From contig CAWKDC010000001.1 in assembly GCA_963848305.1 (NCBI GenBank), positions 224,001 to 288,000 on the forward strand: DNA of 64,000 nt, read 5' to 3'. Source of the stretch: an uncultured Gammaproteobacteria bacterium (GTDB taxonomy: Bacteria > Pseudomonadota > Gammaproteobacteria > JABCZS01). A program made the translations under genes and the position numbers. Of the stretch, positions 39,921-50,453 are shown piece by piece (positions within the stretch are counted from its first letter, which is position 1; every line of letters starts with the position of its first letter). A model generated the notes under the pieces. It ran no database searches. It was not told the DNA's origin and was given only the letters and a program-made list of their open reading frames with translations.

Positions 39921-40538
39921 CTAGAGCCTCGGTGTTATCGCTTTATACCCACGCCAATCAAGTAAGTGAATTTGGTTTTTTTGCATCTCGTACATTTTAT
40001 ACACTGCGATTGCTTTCGGATCTTCTAAAATAATAACATTCTTGATGGCGCCATCTCCAGAGCGTAGGTTTTTTTCAGTTGATGGCGCATTGGTCACATC
40101 CCCAATTACAATTGTGTCAAAGTTAGCGCGATTTTTCACTTGTGCACAGCACACTTCGCAAGGTGTCAGTGTTGTGAACATTGTGGCTTGGCGAAAATCT
40201 ACAGGTCCCTGTCCTTTAAGCTTTGCGACTCTTCCCGCATCTCTCAATGCGCTTGTTTCACCATGCATTGTTGAGTCATTTTCTTGAATAAGCGTATTGT
40301 GTCCCTTACCGATAATTTGTCGCCCTTCACCAATGATCACTGCGCCAATCGGGCATCCTCCTTCTTTGAAAGATTTAATCGCAAGAAAGGTTGCTATTCG
40401 CATGAAGTCTTTATTTTGGAGTTTATTGAAAAATGCAGGCTCCACAACACGTGGCAGAAATTCCGTAGGGAGCAATGCAATGAGATTAAGCACGGCATCA
40501 TCAACGGGAGTGTATCGAGTTATATAAAGATGTTCCAT
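39921..40538 (-). CDS. Zn-dependent cytosine/nucleoside deaminase
   Basis: PIGAVI, GHN, HGE and PCEVC motifs. Confidence 0.88.
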   Translation of the reverse strand: MEHLYITRYTPVDDAVLNLIALLPTEFLPRVVEPAFFNKLQNKDFMRIATFLAIKSFKEGGCPIGAVIIGEGRQIIGKGHNTLIQENDSTMHGETSALRDAGRVAKLKGQGPVDFRQATMFTTLTPCEVCCAQVKNRANFDTIVIGDVTNAPSTEKNLRSGDGAIKNVIILEDPKAIAVYKMYEMQKNQIHLLDWRGYKAITPRL

Positions 40539-40614
40539 TCGTCTATTCTACCACCTTACTTGCCTCATCTCTTTGTTTACAGAAATAATGCATAACCTAT
40601 TGATTCAATCGTCA

Positions 40615-40646
40615 TTTACACGATTTGGTGTGCATACATGTTAAAT
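40615..40646 (+). repeat. 32-bp element right end, copy 2
   Basis: Identical to 39874-39905. Confidence 0.95.
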
Positions 40647-40702
40647 TATGTTCATCATGGCTATTATATTGGTTTGTATGACATATGATGAGCCTAGAAT
40701 AT

Positions 40703-41194
40703 CTACTGGTTCAAATGACGGGATACCACATCTTTCGTAGCCGTATAATCAGCCTCTCTTGCACGTACTCGTTGTTCATACAACGACCATACGGTTAGAT
40801 AGAAGTTATTTGTAGGAACAACTACGTCAGCAGGGATTTTTCCACCATGCTGCAAAAGTATATTAAGCACCCCAGCGCGACCATATTCAATGGCTATTTC
40901 AACAGGAGTTTTTAAGCCGTGCATATCATCTTTCACGTCGAGACTAGCACCATTAGTGCATAAGTCTTCAACTAATTCTTTATCATCTAAAAGCACAGCA
41001 TAGGTAATTGCAAATTCCGCACAATATCTTTGACCCATATCAGTATTTGCGACATCCAGGTAATGATCCAAAGGCCAGTCTAAATCAATCCCCTCAAGTA
41101 ATGACCAATATTTTATCAGTGGCTCGAGTTTAGCGATGGATTCCTGAGTGAGATCTCTGTATGTTTTTACCATGTTGGAGCGTGGGTTTCTCAT
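40703..41194 (-). CDS. Ankyrin-repeat protein
   Basis: TPVEIAIEYGRAGVLNILLQHGG motif. Confidence 0.75.
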   Translation of the reverse strand: MRNPRSNMVKTYRDLTQESIAKLEPLIKYWSLLEGIDLDWPLDHYLDVANTDMGQRYCAEFAITYAVLLDDKELVEDLCTNGASLDVKDDMHGLKTPVEIAIEYGRAGVLNILLQHGGKIPADVVVPTNNFYLTVWSLYEQRVRAREADYTATKDVVSRHLNQ

Positions 41195-41487
41195 ATCTAT
41201 AGCACCTCATCTATTACTTCAACTTATTCAAAATCAAGACACATTCTACCCCTTCACTTAAACGACTGTCAAGCCCAGGCGATGAAATGCCGAATATCGC
41301 TCCTGTAGGCTTGCCGAGTATTGTCGCTGGTGGCATGCTGGATATAGTGATGCGAGGGCTTAGTGCCTAGCTCATCGCGTGGTGGCTGTATCATTCCCTT
41401 GCTTTCAGGCATCCCCTTCCCCTTCCATTCATCCTTGCCATATGATATGATCCCGTTTTAATCACTGAGCGTAAGGGCTTCAGCGCC

Positions 41488-42219
41488 ATGACAGTTATAT
41501 TCAAAATTTTTGACAAAACCTTTCAAGCTTCATCGGGTGTATACGGAACTGCTCGTTTTAAAGACTCCGATGAATATAAAGAAGTTAAAAAAAATCACTT
41601 ATCTATCATGAATGACATGGCTGCTGACAGAATGCTAATCACGAACCACGTGTTTGGTCTTCATGTTGTCGACGCAGACCAAGTAGCGGACTTCGCAGAT
41701 GAGCCTGATGCAGATGCTGCTGTCACTACGCTTCCAGGCGTACTATTGACCATTCAAACCGCAGATTGTGTCCCTGTGATGCTAGTAAGTGATGATGACA
41801 AAGTAATCGGTGCTGTTCATTGCTCTTGGCACACTACCAAAAATGGTATTCTAGCCAATGTCGTTTCTTTAATGATAAAAAAAGGCGCACGAAGTATTCG
41901 CGCTATCATTGGGCCTGCTATCCATCAGAAGTCATATGAAGTCGATCAGGCGTTTTACGAATCCATCATCTCATCAGCGCCTAGAGCATCCTACCTCTTC
42001 ATTCCATCAAAAAGACAAGGCCATTATATGTTCGACTTACCAGGGTTCTGCAAGCTGAAATTAAGTCAATTGAATATTTCAGAGGTGCTTGATCAGTGTG
42101 AAGACACTTATCAATACACAGATAAATATTACAGTTATCGTCGCGATGCACATCAAGGAATTTTAGGTGAAAGAAAAAATATATTATCGACTATCATGAT
42201 AATGGAAGCAGGAGCCTAG
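41488..42219 (+). CDS. YfiH/PgeF (polyphenol oxidase-like) family protein
   Basis: DADA..T, TADCVPV, IGPAI..YEV, FDL and YSYRR motifs. Confidence 0.9.
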   Translation: MTVIFKIFDKTFQASSGVYGTARFKDSDEYKEVKKNHLSIMNDMAADRMLITNHVFGLHVVDADQVADFADEPDADAAVTTLPGVLLTIQTADCVPVMLVSDDDKVIGAVHCSWHTTKNGILANVVSLMIKKGARSIRAIIGPAIHQKSYEVDQAFYESIISSAPRASYLFIPSKRQGHYMFDLPGFCKLKLSQLNISEVLDQCEDTYQYTDKYYSYRRDAHQGILGERKNILSTIMIMEAGA

Positions 42220-42223
42220 TTTC

Positions 42224-42583
42224 ATGAAATACACACGAATTTATGCAGGAGATGACAAGCATTCTCATTTCGAAGATAGCGATTTTGAGATGTTTGATGC
42301 CATTATCGGTAAAATTAGTGCAACGATTCCAACAAATTGTTTATATTTTGGGGAGATAACCGATACTGATGAAATCAGCTGGCACAACCCACCCGTGCCA
42401 CAATTTGTGATCATGCTGGAAGGTTCCATGGAAATAGAAATTGGCGATGGGACTAAAAAAATATTCAACACGGGTGATATTGTGTTTATTGAGGATACCA
42501 CTGGGCAAGGACATGTGACGCGAGCAGCAAGCTCAGGGAAGCGCAGGTATCTGGTTATTCCAGTCACAAATCAAAGCGAATAA
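42224..42583 (+). CDS. Cupin-fold protein
   Basis: WHNPP..QFVI and EDTTGQGH motifs. Confidence 0.85.
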   Translation: MKYTRIYAGDDKHSHFEDSDFEMFDAIIGKISATIPTNCLYFGEITDTDEISWHNPPVPQFVIMLEGSMEIEIGDGTKKIFNTGDIVFIEDTTGQGHVTRAASSGKRRYLVIPVTNQSE

Positions 42584-43163
42584 TGGGCAATATCCTGCCA
42601 GGAGTTAAGAGCGAGGGTTGCGTTCCTATTTGCTTGCCCCTGACTTTCTCATAAAATGGTGCAGCATTGGCATCTGCTTCCAATGTGAAAAATTTCAACC
42701 CCTTTCGCTTTGCTTCATTTTTAACTGCTTCGGCTAAAATCCGTCCATAGCCTTTACCTTGATGTTCTGGAGCAACAAATAAAAGTCCAGGTGATGTTTT
42801 TTCAGATTGAATGGGTGATCGCGCCCAGCAGGCAATCACATGTCCATCTACTTCAACAACAAATGTTATCCAGTCGCTAATCATTTCTTTTGTGACTGTA
42901 AGCTCATCTGTCCAGATTTTGAGCCAGCTATCAGGGTATCCCCAACTAGCTTTGGAGCGGAAACTTTCTTGCGTCAGGAATTCTGCTTCTTCCAGCCTGG
43001 CAGGTCTTACAGTAATAGGGTATTCAATGCTAGTCAATTTTAAACGGTTCCACGTCGGCTTTAATCTCGAGTAATGATAGCATAGCTCGGCGGATATACT
43101 GCCTCCCCCTATATAGGCAAGCTTGCCAGATAGGGACGGATAACTCAGATTATCGTAGATCAT
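42564..43163 (-). CDS. GNAT acetyltransferase (true start probably downstream of the ORF start)
   Basis: SKASWGY, LFVAPEHQGKGYG and ADANAAPFYEK motifs. Confidence 0.8.
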   Translation of the reverse strand: MIYDNLSYPSLSGKLAYIGGGSISAELCYHYSRLKPTWNRLKLTSIEYPITVRPARLEEAEFLTQESFRSKASWGYPDSWLKIWTDELTVTKEMISDWITFVVEVDGHVIACWARSPIQSEKTSPGLLFVAPEHQGKGYGRILAEAVKNEAKRKGLKFFTLEADANAAPFYEKVRGKQIGTQPSLLTPGRILPIIRFDL

Positions 43164-43291
43164 GCTGGTACCAACACTTAGTGGTCACAGACCAATATAC
43201 ATAACAAAATGTTTTCTTTAATCTTTTTATATCAAAAAAGCCAGCTTTAAAACTTGACAAGCCGCAGCGCATCAGAGGATAATGACAGAAT

Positions 43292-43957
43292 ATGTTAAAA
43301 CAGCAATTCGAGGTACCAGGCATGAACCCACTACTCCACCCAAACACAGAAGGCTCCATTCGCGTCTTTCATATTACAAAGACACCGATTGATAAAATCC
43401 TTCGAGAAGGTCTTAAAACCGTTGCTCAGTTAATGAATGAGGGGGAAATGGAACGCAGAAACCCCTCTAGTTATGGTCTATTGCGAGATCAATATACTCA
43501 CATTTATTTTCGACCTGTTGAAAATGCTGATAACTATATTACAGCGATTCGCGGGTGTACATGGATCGCCATAGATGTGCATCCAGATAGCATTGTATAT
43601 GATTCCGAATTGAGATTTGAGCGAAACCTGTCCTATTACGCATCACAAATTACTTTGCGTGACTATGTAGCGCCAGGATCGGCAACGGGGATTACGCGTG
43701 GAGGTGAGATACTGATAACGCAACCAGTACTATCCCCTGAGATGTTTAGCGATAACAGCCGGGATTATTGGCTTAGAAAAGAAAATGAGGCAAAAAAGGT
43801 GCAGGTTCCCGATCCTCAGGTGTCTTCCGGTGCAGGAATTGTGAATAATAGCTATACATCGGCCCCGTTTATCCCGCGCTCATCAGAATTGCTCTCAAAT
43901 GTAGCCGTTAGACAGAAACAGCAGTCTCAAAATAAACATTGCTGTACTTTTTTATAG
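43292..43957 (+). CDS. Putative ADP-ribosyltransferase-fold effector with a C-terminal CaaX-like motif
   Basis: FHIT..ILREGL, IYF and GEILI motifs; ends CCTFL. Confidence 0.55.
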   Translation: MLKQQFEVPGMNPLLHPNTEGSIRVFHITKTPIDKILREGLKTVAQLMNEGEMERRNPSSYGLLRDQYTHIYFRPVENADNYITAIRGCTWIAIDVHPDSIVYDSELRFERNLSYYASQITLRDYVAPGSATGITRGGEILITQPVLSPEMFSDNSRDYWLRKENEAKKVQVPDPQVSSGAGIVNNSYTSAPFIPRSSELLSNVAVRQKQQSQNKHCCTFL

Positions 43958-44143
43958 TATCTAGCTGTGTACCGCCGGTAACATTCGGTACATTTGAGCC
44001 GTAATCAGCTGTAAACCCAAAAACAGTGGCGCTTTCATCCTTTCGTACCCCTACACTTAAAACCCACTCTTAATCGGCCTTGGCTCTGATAATTCCGAAA
44101 TACTAGGCTGTACAGCACCACGCATTAACGATATACTCACCTC

Positions 44144-45172
44144 ATGATCAGAAGTTTATACACATCAGTCAACAGAATACTCAATCCCTTCACCCTAAGA
44201 GACCTCCTCCTCCAACAGGCCGAATACTTTTCCATGTTCTTAAGCAGGGCCGTCGGTCTCAACTGTACTTTGAAGCCAATCAGCCTCACTCCATTCTCCG
44301 CACCCAGGCACTTCGTTCTGGAGTCAGATGGCGAGCCCATGTCTGTTGAGCACAAACACAAAATCTTAGAATGGGGGCTTGAACACCATCCGAGCTGGTT
44401 TTGCCGATGGTGGAGAGATGAAGCATTTGAAGGAGATATGATCGTCTTAAATAAGGACGGTGATTTTTGTATTAACTCGCACGATCTGCTTAGATTGATT
44501 GTCGCATTAGACCCTTTCCTGGCCAATTCACTTAAAAATGTCGAAACCATGTTGAATCAGCGGTACAGCAAGACTCTGTCCCTTAAAATTCATCCCACCG
44601 ATTGGTCCATGGATCTTTATATCAATGACGAGACCTTAACTTCTGCTGAATTGCATGAATTTAGCGAAACATTACAAAACGATGTGTATAGAAAAACAGG
44701 CCGTCATATTAGCCTTTCATCCGGCTGGTCATTTACACGCGCTCCTGTGAGGGTCGTGCCATATCACGCTAAAATAGTCTCTGCAGATTCGTCTAGTCAA
44801 GACATGAGTGGTTCTACTACAATCGAAGAGAGGTTCAAACGAAAATTCCTCTGTCAATCTGAAGCAATTAAGTGTTCAGGCATACGGCTTTCTGTCAATT
44901 TCGATCTTCCTCCACTTTTTGACTTTTTAGACCTCAAATGCCCGAGCTATTTCCCATCAAGTCAAACACATATTCCGCCTGTTGAGCTCAGCATTGATCC
45001 CCACCCGGTTTTATTGTTGACGAAATGGCGGTTTGTGGGCATTAATATCAATGGAAATTGGTTTGGCGCGTCACAACAAGAGAAGGATTTCAGTGAAAAA
45101 TCCTGGGAGGAGGTCGCAAAACGAATGCTAACCCAACCAGAGGATAAAAGAAAAGCGCTGACTTATTTTTGA
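44144..45172 (+). CDS. Hypothetical protein
   Basis: 342-aa ORF; no recognised motif. Confidence 0.6.
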   Translation: MIRSLYTSVNRILNPFTLRDLLLQQAEYFSMFLSRAVGLNCTLKPISLTPFSAPRHFVLESDGEPMSVEHKHKILEWGLEHHPSWFCRWWRDEAFEGDMIVLNKDGDFCINSHDLLRLIVALDPFLANSLKNVETMLNQRYSKTLSLKIHPTDWSMDLYINDETLTSAELHEFSETLQNDVYRKTGRHISLSSGWSFTRAPVRVVPYHAKIVSADSSSQDMSGSTTIEERFKRKFLCQSEAIKCSGIRLSVNFDLPPLFDFLDLKCPSYFPSSQTHIPPVELSIDPHPVLLLTKWRFVGININGNWFGASQQEKDFSEKSWEEVAKRMLTQPEDKRKALTYF

Positions 45173-45418
45173 GATATCTTTCCACGTCTTTACATGGCGA
45201 GCACGCCGGACAAACATGTCCCGGACTCGCATCCGGGATTGCTCGGAGTACATCGCGTATTTGCCTTTAGACCCTCCCTTTTTAGTACCAACTTAAATTA
45301 GAGGTCTCCGGAGTGGTCAAACGGTATTGAACGGGTGTCATGCAGTTTAAAGCCTGATGTGGCCGTTCTTCGTTGTACTCTTTAATCCATGCTTCTGTTA
45401 TCTCTTTTCACTTTCAGA

Positions 45419-45715
45419 CTATTCTTCGCAATAATTCTCACCGCCGATCAATGGGATTAATCTACAAAGTACTTCGTCAATAATATGTTCATCTGCATGA
45501 ATGCTTGAAGGAGTCATATTTTTGAGCAGTTCTTTTTCTGAAAAATGAAGTCTTTTTTTAGGCCAAGGCTTAACCTTTTTCACTGTAAACACATCTTCTG
45601 TGACATCCACGATAACTTTCGTTCCTTCAGTAAAATGCGGGATATCTCGCATTATGCCGGATACTCTGAGGGCTAATCCATTGCCCCATTTTTGTATACT
45701 TGCTTCTGTCTTCAC
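45419..45715 (-). pseudogene. MazE/AbrB-type antitoxin apparently fused to the last helix of its toxin
   Basis: IQKWGNGLALR...MTPSSIHADE followed by HIIDEVLCRLIPLIG; no separate toxin ORF. Confidence 0.6.
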
Positions 45716-45810
45716 GATAAGTTACCTCTAAAATAATCTTAACCTGAAAAGCACATACTATGTATCAACATCTGTCAAGCACTTTGTTCAATCAGCTAAA
45801 ATGACACGAT

Positions 45811-45835
45811 CCCGAGCCCATTATATGGGCTCGGG
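45811..45835 (-). terminator. GC-rich hairpin after the FAD oxidoreductase gene
   Basis: CCCGAGCCCA-TTATA-TGGGCTCGGG; no clear U-tract. Confidence 0.45.
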
Positions 45836-45844
45836 TATCCAAGC

Positions 45845-47473
45845 TTACTGCGGCTTTCTCTTCGAGCTGGCATATGCCAATACAGGATGATCTCCAGAGG
45901 TATCCACGCTTTGGCTCGCTTGCACGGCAGCGGGCGCAAAGGAAACGCCACCAGAGCCTAACCCTGTGGTCACGCGAGCGTTGGCAACTGGAACACCGTT
46001 TTGATAAACACGCCCTAGTGTGGGGAAGCCATCATATGCAACCGCACGAGAGCCAACGCCGCGTATCGCCTTACCTGAGCTGACCAGTTGCTGCAAGTCT
46101 GCTTCCGTCAATTCTTGACCATGAGTATTTCGTCCTAAGGCAGCTGAAATCAATTCAGGCAATACATTGTTGATCATATTCAATTGCAACAAATTTCGAT
46201 TTTTCGCAAAATCTTGTTCAGCTGTAGGTACTTGATCACCATAAAATGCTTTTGTTCCTGCTACGGCGATAGAGAGTTCAGGCCCCCGTTTTCCGGCTTG
46301 CCAGGCTAATACAACTCCTTGCTGGTGAACTTCCATGTAGTGATTAAAGGACTTATATTTTTCCAACATGTCATCTGAAACACGAAAGGATAACCTGAGC
46401 GCAGCGCCAGCAAATATGGCATAAGCAGGTTCATTAAAACCAAATTTCCTCAATGTGCCAACGGATTCGCCAGGACAAAATACATATTCATGATTGTCAT
46501 ATGTATGATGATGAGATTCCTTTTTGAAATTTGAAAAGAATAGGCCGTTTACGCGACTTCCAGACCCATTTTCAGTGGTTGAAACGTTACTGACCTCGCG
46601 GTTAAATTTAATGCGGAAATTGTCTTTGTCCTGATGTGATACATTGGATGTGTACTGCCCCATCACTTTACTCAAATAAGTGGAGAATTTAGGCAGAAAA
46701 GTTGCAACGTGCAAACAGCCGCCTGGACGCCATAGGGCTACCGCATCACTTTTCCAAACAAGCTCGCCATTCAATTCAATCGAATTTGTTTTGCAAAAAT
46801 CTACCAACGAAATATCCCGTTTCATAACCTCAGCAGGAGACAATATTTCACAATGATGATATCCCAGTTTGTCGTAATCGTTCATCATATCTTTGGCTCT
46901 TTGTGCTGCATCGGGAATACGTTGGATTAAATCTATCCGATACCCTTCTTGCAATACTTTTTTATCTGTTTCTCGGCATGGATTGTAATTGGAGTCTCGC
47001 ATGATTTTTTTCAGCTCATCATCTCCATTCTGATAAATATCTTCCCATAAATCCATGCTCAGTTTGCCAAGGGTCAGCAGAGCTTCGGTGCGTGCCAGAT
47101 GGCCTGCCTCGTCTTTACTGTATTCTTCAACAGCCCTAATGAATTCTTTTGCTGCTGCGGATTCATTAATTCCTTCTACATCATTGACACGAACGCCCCC
47201 AGGCACGCTGAATAAATCTTTGAGCTTTTCAACCAGCAAGGTGCCTCTCGGAACCACTGAGAGAATCTCATCTGGTGTTAAACTGGGGGCAATTTTTGCG
47301 GCAGTTGTTTGGTCAAACCTTTCATTTTTTTCATAAATGGTCGCACGTAATCGTTCGTTTTTTTTCTGCGCCTTGAGGTAAGCAAAATAAACCTCCATAA
47401 ATCCGATGATACCGCCACCGATGATAGTGACTTTATTTTGTGCATAGTCATTAGGCATGATAATTTCCTCCAA
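45845..47473 (-). CDS. FAD-dependent oxidoreductase (D-amino acid oxidase-like)
   Basis: IIGGGIIG, YEK, R...DGFP.LG and TGLGSGG motifs. Confidence 0.75.
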   Translation of the reverse strand: MEEIIMPNDYAQNKVTIIGGGIIGFMEVYFAYLKAQKKNERLRATIYEKNERFDQTTAAKIAPSLTPDEILSVVPRGTLLVEKLKDLFSVPGGVRVNDVEGINESAAAKEFIRAVEEYSKDEAGHLARTEALLTLGKLSMDLWEDIYQNGDDELKKIMRDSNYNPCRETDKKVLQEGYRIDLIQRIPDAAQRAKDMMNDYDKLGYHHCEILSPAEVMKRDISLVDFCKTNSIELNGELVWKSDAVALWRPGGCLHVATFLPKFSTYLSKVMGQYTSNVSHQDKDNFRIKFNREVSNVSTTENGSGSRVNGLFFSNFKKESHHHTYDNHEYVFCPGESVGTLRKFGFNEPAYAIFAGAALRLSFRVSDDMLEKYKSFNHYMEVHQQGVVLAWQAGKRGPELSIAVAGTKAFYGDQVPTAEQDFAKNRNLLQLNMINNVLPELISAALGRNTHGQELTEADLQQLVSSGKAIRGVGSRAVAYDGFPTLGRVYQNGVPVANARVTTGLGSGGVSFAPAAVQASQSVDTSGDHPVLAYASSKRKPQ

Positions 47474-47588
47474 AAATTTATTTATCGTATCATGAAAAAA
47501 ATGAGATGCGCAATATTTATTTTCACAAAAAGTTTTTGTTTTTCAACTGACAACTGAAAGTGTGATAAAGGTTGAAGTACACTGAGCG

Positions 47589-49244
47589 TCATTTCATCGC
47601 CGCCGGTGATCTGATGACCTGTAAAGTGGCTGGTGATTCAACAGGGCTCAGCGTTGGCGTATCGGCTCTATTGCTTGCACGCTCACTGTGATTATCTTTA
47701 TCCTGAGATCCACAACTCGAAGATGAAGATGAAGCAGTGCTGTAATTGTTATGACGGTAACTCGAAGTACGTGCGCTAGAACGTCTGCTTGATTCGCTTT
47801 CGTTAATGCGAGACGAAGATGGCTCCCCCCAAGTATTAGGCGTGAATAATAATGACACTTCAGGGCTAGAACATTTATATTGTTCAGCATATTTATAGAA
47901 AAACATTTTATCACTAGATTTTTCTCTGATCGCATTCAATAAATATTTGTCATGTTCTAGCAACTCTCGAAATGAAACATTACCCGAACATACTGCGTCG
48001 AAGTATCGCTGATATTTTTCTTCACCATCTGATGCCTGCTGCTCAAAAATAGCTTTGATGTGATCACTGATATTTCCCCACAATAGCATATTAAGCTCTT
48101 GATAAATGTTAAGGAGCGTTTCTCTGATAGAGATGATGTCTTTCAATAATTGCTCGAAATCATTTGAGTTGTAACTCGTCATCAGATCTTCGTCGAATGT
48201 TTTAATAAATTTCAGTCGTGGTGAACCGTTGATATTAATTTCATCCACACTAAAGCTATCAATGAAGAACAATCTGAATTGATTCAAAACATCTAAGAAT
48301 TTATCCATTTTCCCTTTCATTTGATGTAAGGGTTCTGGCGATGTCAAAAAGTCAGCGCTCAGTGCCAAAATTTCTAGCGCAAATACCATTGCATCAGGCG
48401 TATCAGATCTGTCGGATTCTGCACTGAAAATGGCAATCCAATTCAGCATGTCTTGGTGTTTTTTAGCTAATTTTTTCGCATCATTGAGGGTAATATCAAA
48501 TGAAAGTTTTTCATCCCTGTCTTTGGAAAGACGGTAATGTGTTCTTTTGATATTTCTGATTAAACACACATAGCCTTCCGGCGAAGTCCATTTTTCCAAC
48601 AAGAGTAGACGCATGCAATGGTACCCTTTGGCAATTGGATTTTTTTCATGTTCATATTTTATAAAACGTTTATTGTAGTTATCAATAATAAAGGCTATGA
48701 TGGTCTTCAATAAGGATGGTGACAACGGTGATCGAGCCGAAGCACCAATATGGGATGTATAATCTTGCTCATAGAGTTCATTGGCATGAATCATTTCTTG
48801 GGTGAATCGAGATGGCCCCCAAGGCTTTTTATCTTCATATCCCGTTCGAACCACGTGGGTCGACATGCTGAACATGCGCCTACTCTCCCCTGTTTCATGA
48901 TCGGGTCGTCCTGTTCTGGGCGTTCTCGGTGTTAAGGGTTGGCTGTATAAGATATCTCTGTCCATCAGATTCGCAAGTGCGTTGGTGAGAGCGGATACTC
49001 GGGCTGCCTCTTCACTATCGTGTCGTCGGGTGATAAAACGCCACAAACGTGCCCAGCGGGAAAGCCTTCGAACAGGTAATGGAGACTTTAGGATTCGGGT
49101 AATGGCTTCATGCAACTCTTCTCTGCTTAAGTCATGTTGATTCGCGTTGCTTATCAACTCAACCAATGGTTGATAGCAATGTATTAAAGGGTACTGATGA
49201 ACGATAGTCAATAATTCGTTTTTATAGTCTTCTGTTATATTCAT
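47589..49244 (-). CDS. Hypothetical protein with a Ser-rich C-terminus (effector-like)
   Basis: ~550-aa ORF; GGAG RBS before the ATG at 49244. Confidence 0.65.
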   Translation of the reverse strand: MNITEDYKNELLTIVHQYPLIHCYQPLVELISNANQHDLSREELHEAITRILKSPLPVRRLSRWARLWRFITRRHDSEEAARVSALTNALANLMDRDILYSQPLTPRTPRTGRPDHETGESRRMFSMSTHVVRTGYEDKKPWGPSRFTQEMIHANELYEQDYTSHIGASARSPLSPSLLKTIIAFIIDNYNKRFIKYEHEKNPIAKGYHCMRLLLLEKWTSPEGYVCLIRNIKRTHYRLSKDRDEKLSFDITLNDAKKLAKKHQDMLNWIAIFSAESDRSDTPDAMVFALEILALSADFLTSPEPLHQMKGKMDKFLDVLNQFRLFFIDSFSVDEININGSPRLKFIKTFDEDLMTSYNSNDFEQLLKDIISIRETLLNIYQELNMLLWGNISDHIKAIFEQQASDGEEKYQRYFDAVCSGNVSFRELLEHDKYLLNAIREKSSDKMFFYKYAEQYKCSSPEVSLLFTPNTWGEPSSSRINESESSRRSSARTSSYRHNNYSTASSSSSSCGSQDKDNHSERASNRADTPTLSPVESPATLQVIRSPAAMK

Positions 49245-49469
49245 TGAGGGCTCTCCCAAGTCTTAATGGTAATGCAAATAATTTCTTAATAAATAGTAGT
49301 AGGTCATTCTGAAATTAGCAAGTTTCCTAGGATTTGATATTTAACATTCTGAATTAAAATAAATTGGGCATACGGATTGTTTTTAATGATAATACACTAT
49401 ATCATTCATAAGAACTCAAGGGGTAGCACCCCGCACGGACGAATGTTATCAAACGGATAGGAATTTCTT

Positions 49470-50438
49470 ATGAAGACGTTACTCACAGTGATCTTGGCGC
49501 TGTCCATCATGCCAGCATTTGCTGCTGATACCAATCAATTTGTCTATATCACTAATTACTGGTACGACGGCTCCACGCCTGCCATCACATTGTGTTCAGT
49601 CAAACAGAGCGATGGATCATTTACCAATTGCCAAGATTCAGGGTTTACCATAGAGGATTTAACCGCACCAGCTCAAATCACTTTTGGCTACAGCCATGCG
49701 TATGTGACCACTGTAGATGGTCCTGTTGTGCAGTGCGAAGTGTCGAACAAAACAGGTCTGCTCTCTGATTGCGTCGAAGCTGGTGATGTTGAAGATACCG
49801 ATATTATCGGTATTGAGTTGATCACTTCCAATAATGGCCCCTCCTTTGCCTATCTGGCTGATGCGAATGCGGAAGGTCAGCTTTGGCAATGCCCTGTTGA
49901 TCTCGGGTCAGGACTTTTTGGCACATGCGCCACAAACAGTCAGAACTTCACTAATGGGTTGAGCTTCGCAACCTTGCAAACATTCAGTAACAAATACCTT
50001 TATCTGCCAGAGGGCGATTTTTGGGAGGATGAGCAGCCCATATGGAAATGTGAGGTCAATCTGCTCACGGGTGCCATACCTGATACCTGCGCTGACTCAG
50101 GTGCTGGCGCGATTTTCGACGGCCCTGGTTCTATTGAATTCATCACCATCAATGACAATACCTACGCTTACATCACGAGCTACAATGATGGCACAATCAT
50201 TCTTTGCTCAGTGGATACAGAGGGCAACTTGAGCGACTGCAGTCCTTTGTCACAAACATTCTTTGAGCCAGGGCAAATTGCATTACCCGTGATTCAAAAC
50301 ACACATTATTTCTATGTGACAGATACATGTGGCGGTGATGTCGTCAAATGCATTATTGCATCTGATGGCACATTGAATCAGTGCGGAAATGTTCTGACAA
50401 ACATGAGCGCACCCTACGGACTGACATTTTTCCCTTAA
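49470..50438 (+). CDS. Secreted Cys-rich beta-propeller-like repeat protein
   Basis: Signal peptide; six repeats of AY(I/V)...C.v...G....C. Confidence 0.75.
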   Translation: MKTLLTVILALSIMPAFAADTNQFVYITNYWYDGSTPAITLCSVKQSDGSFTNCQDSGFTIEDLTAPAQITFGYSHAYVTTVDGPVVQCEVSNKTGLLSDCVEAGDVEDTDIIGIELITSNNGPSFAYLADANAEGQLWQCPVDLGSGLFGTCATNSQNFTNGLSFATLQTFSNKYLYLPEGDFWEDEQPIWKCEVNLLTGAIPDTCADSGAGAIFDGPGSIEFITINDNTYAYITSYNDGTIILCSVDTEGNLSDCSPLSQTFFEPGQIALPVIQNTHYFYVTDTCGGDVVKCIIASDGTLNQCGNVLTNMSAPYGLTFFP

Positions 50439-50453
50439 ATTGAGGATGGTATC

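Noticed and set aside
45300-45330. tRNA-like D-arm sequence (CCGGAGTGGTCAAACGG)
   Set aside because: No T-loop (GTTCRA), acceptor stem or full cloverleaf follows.
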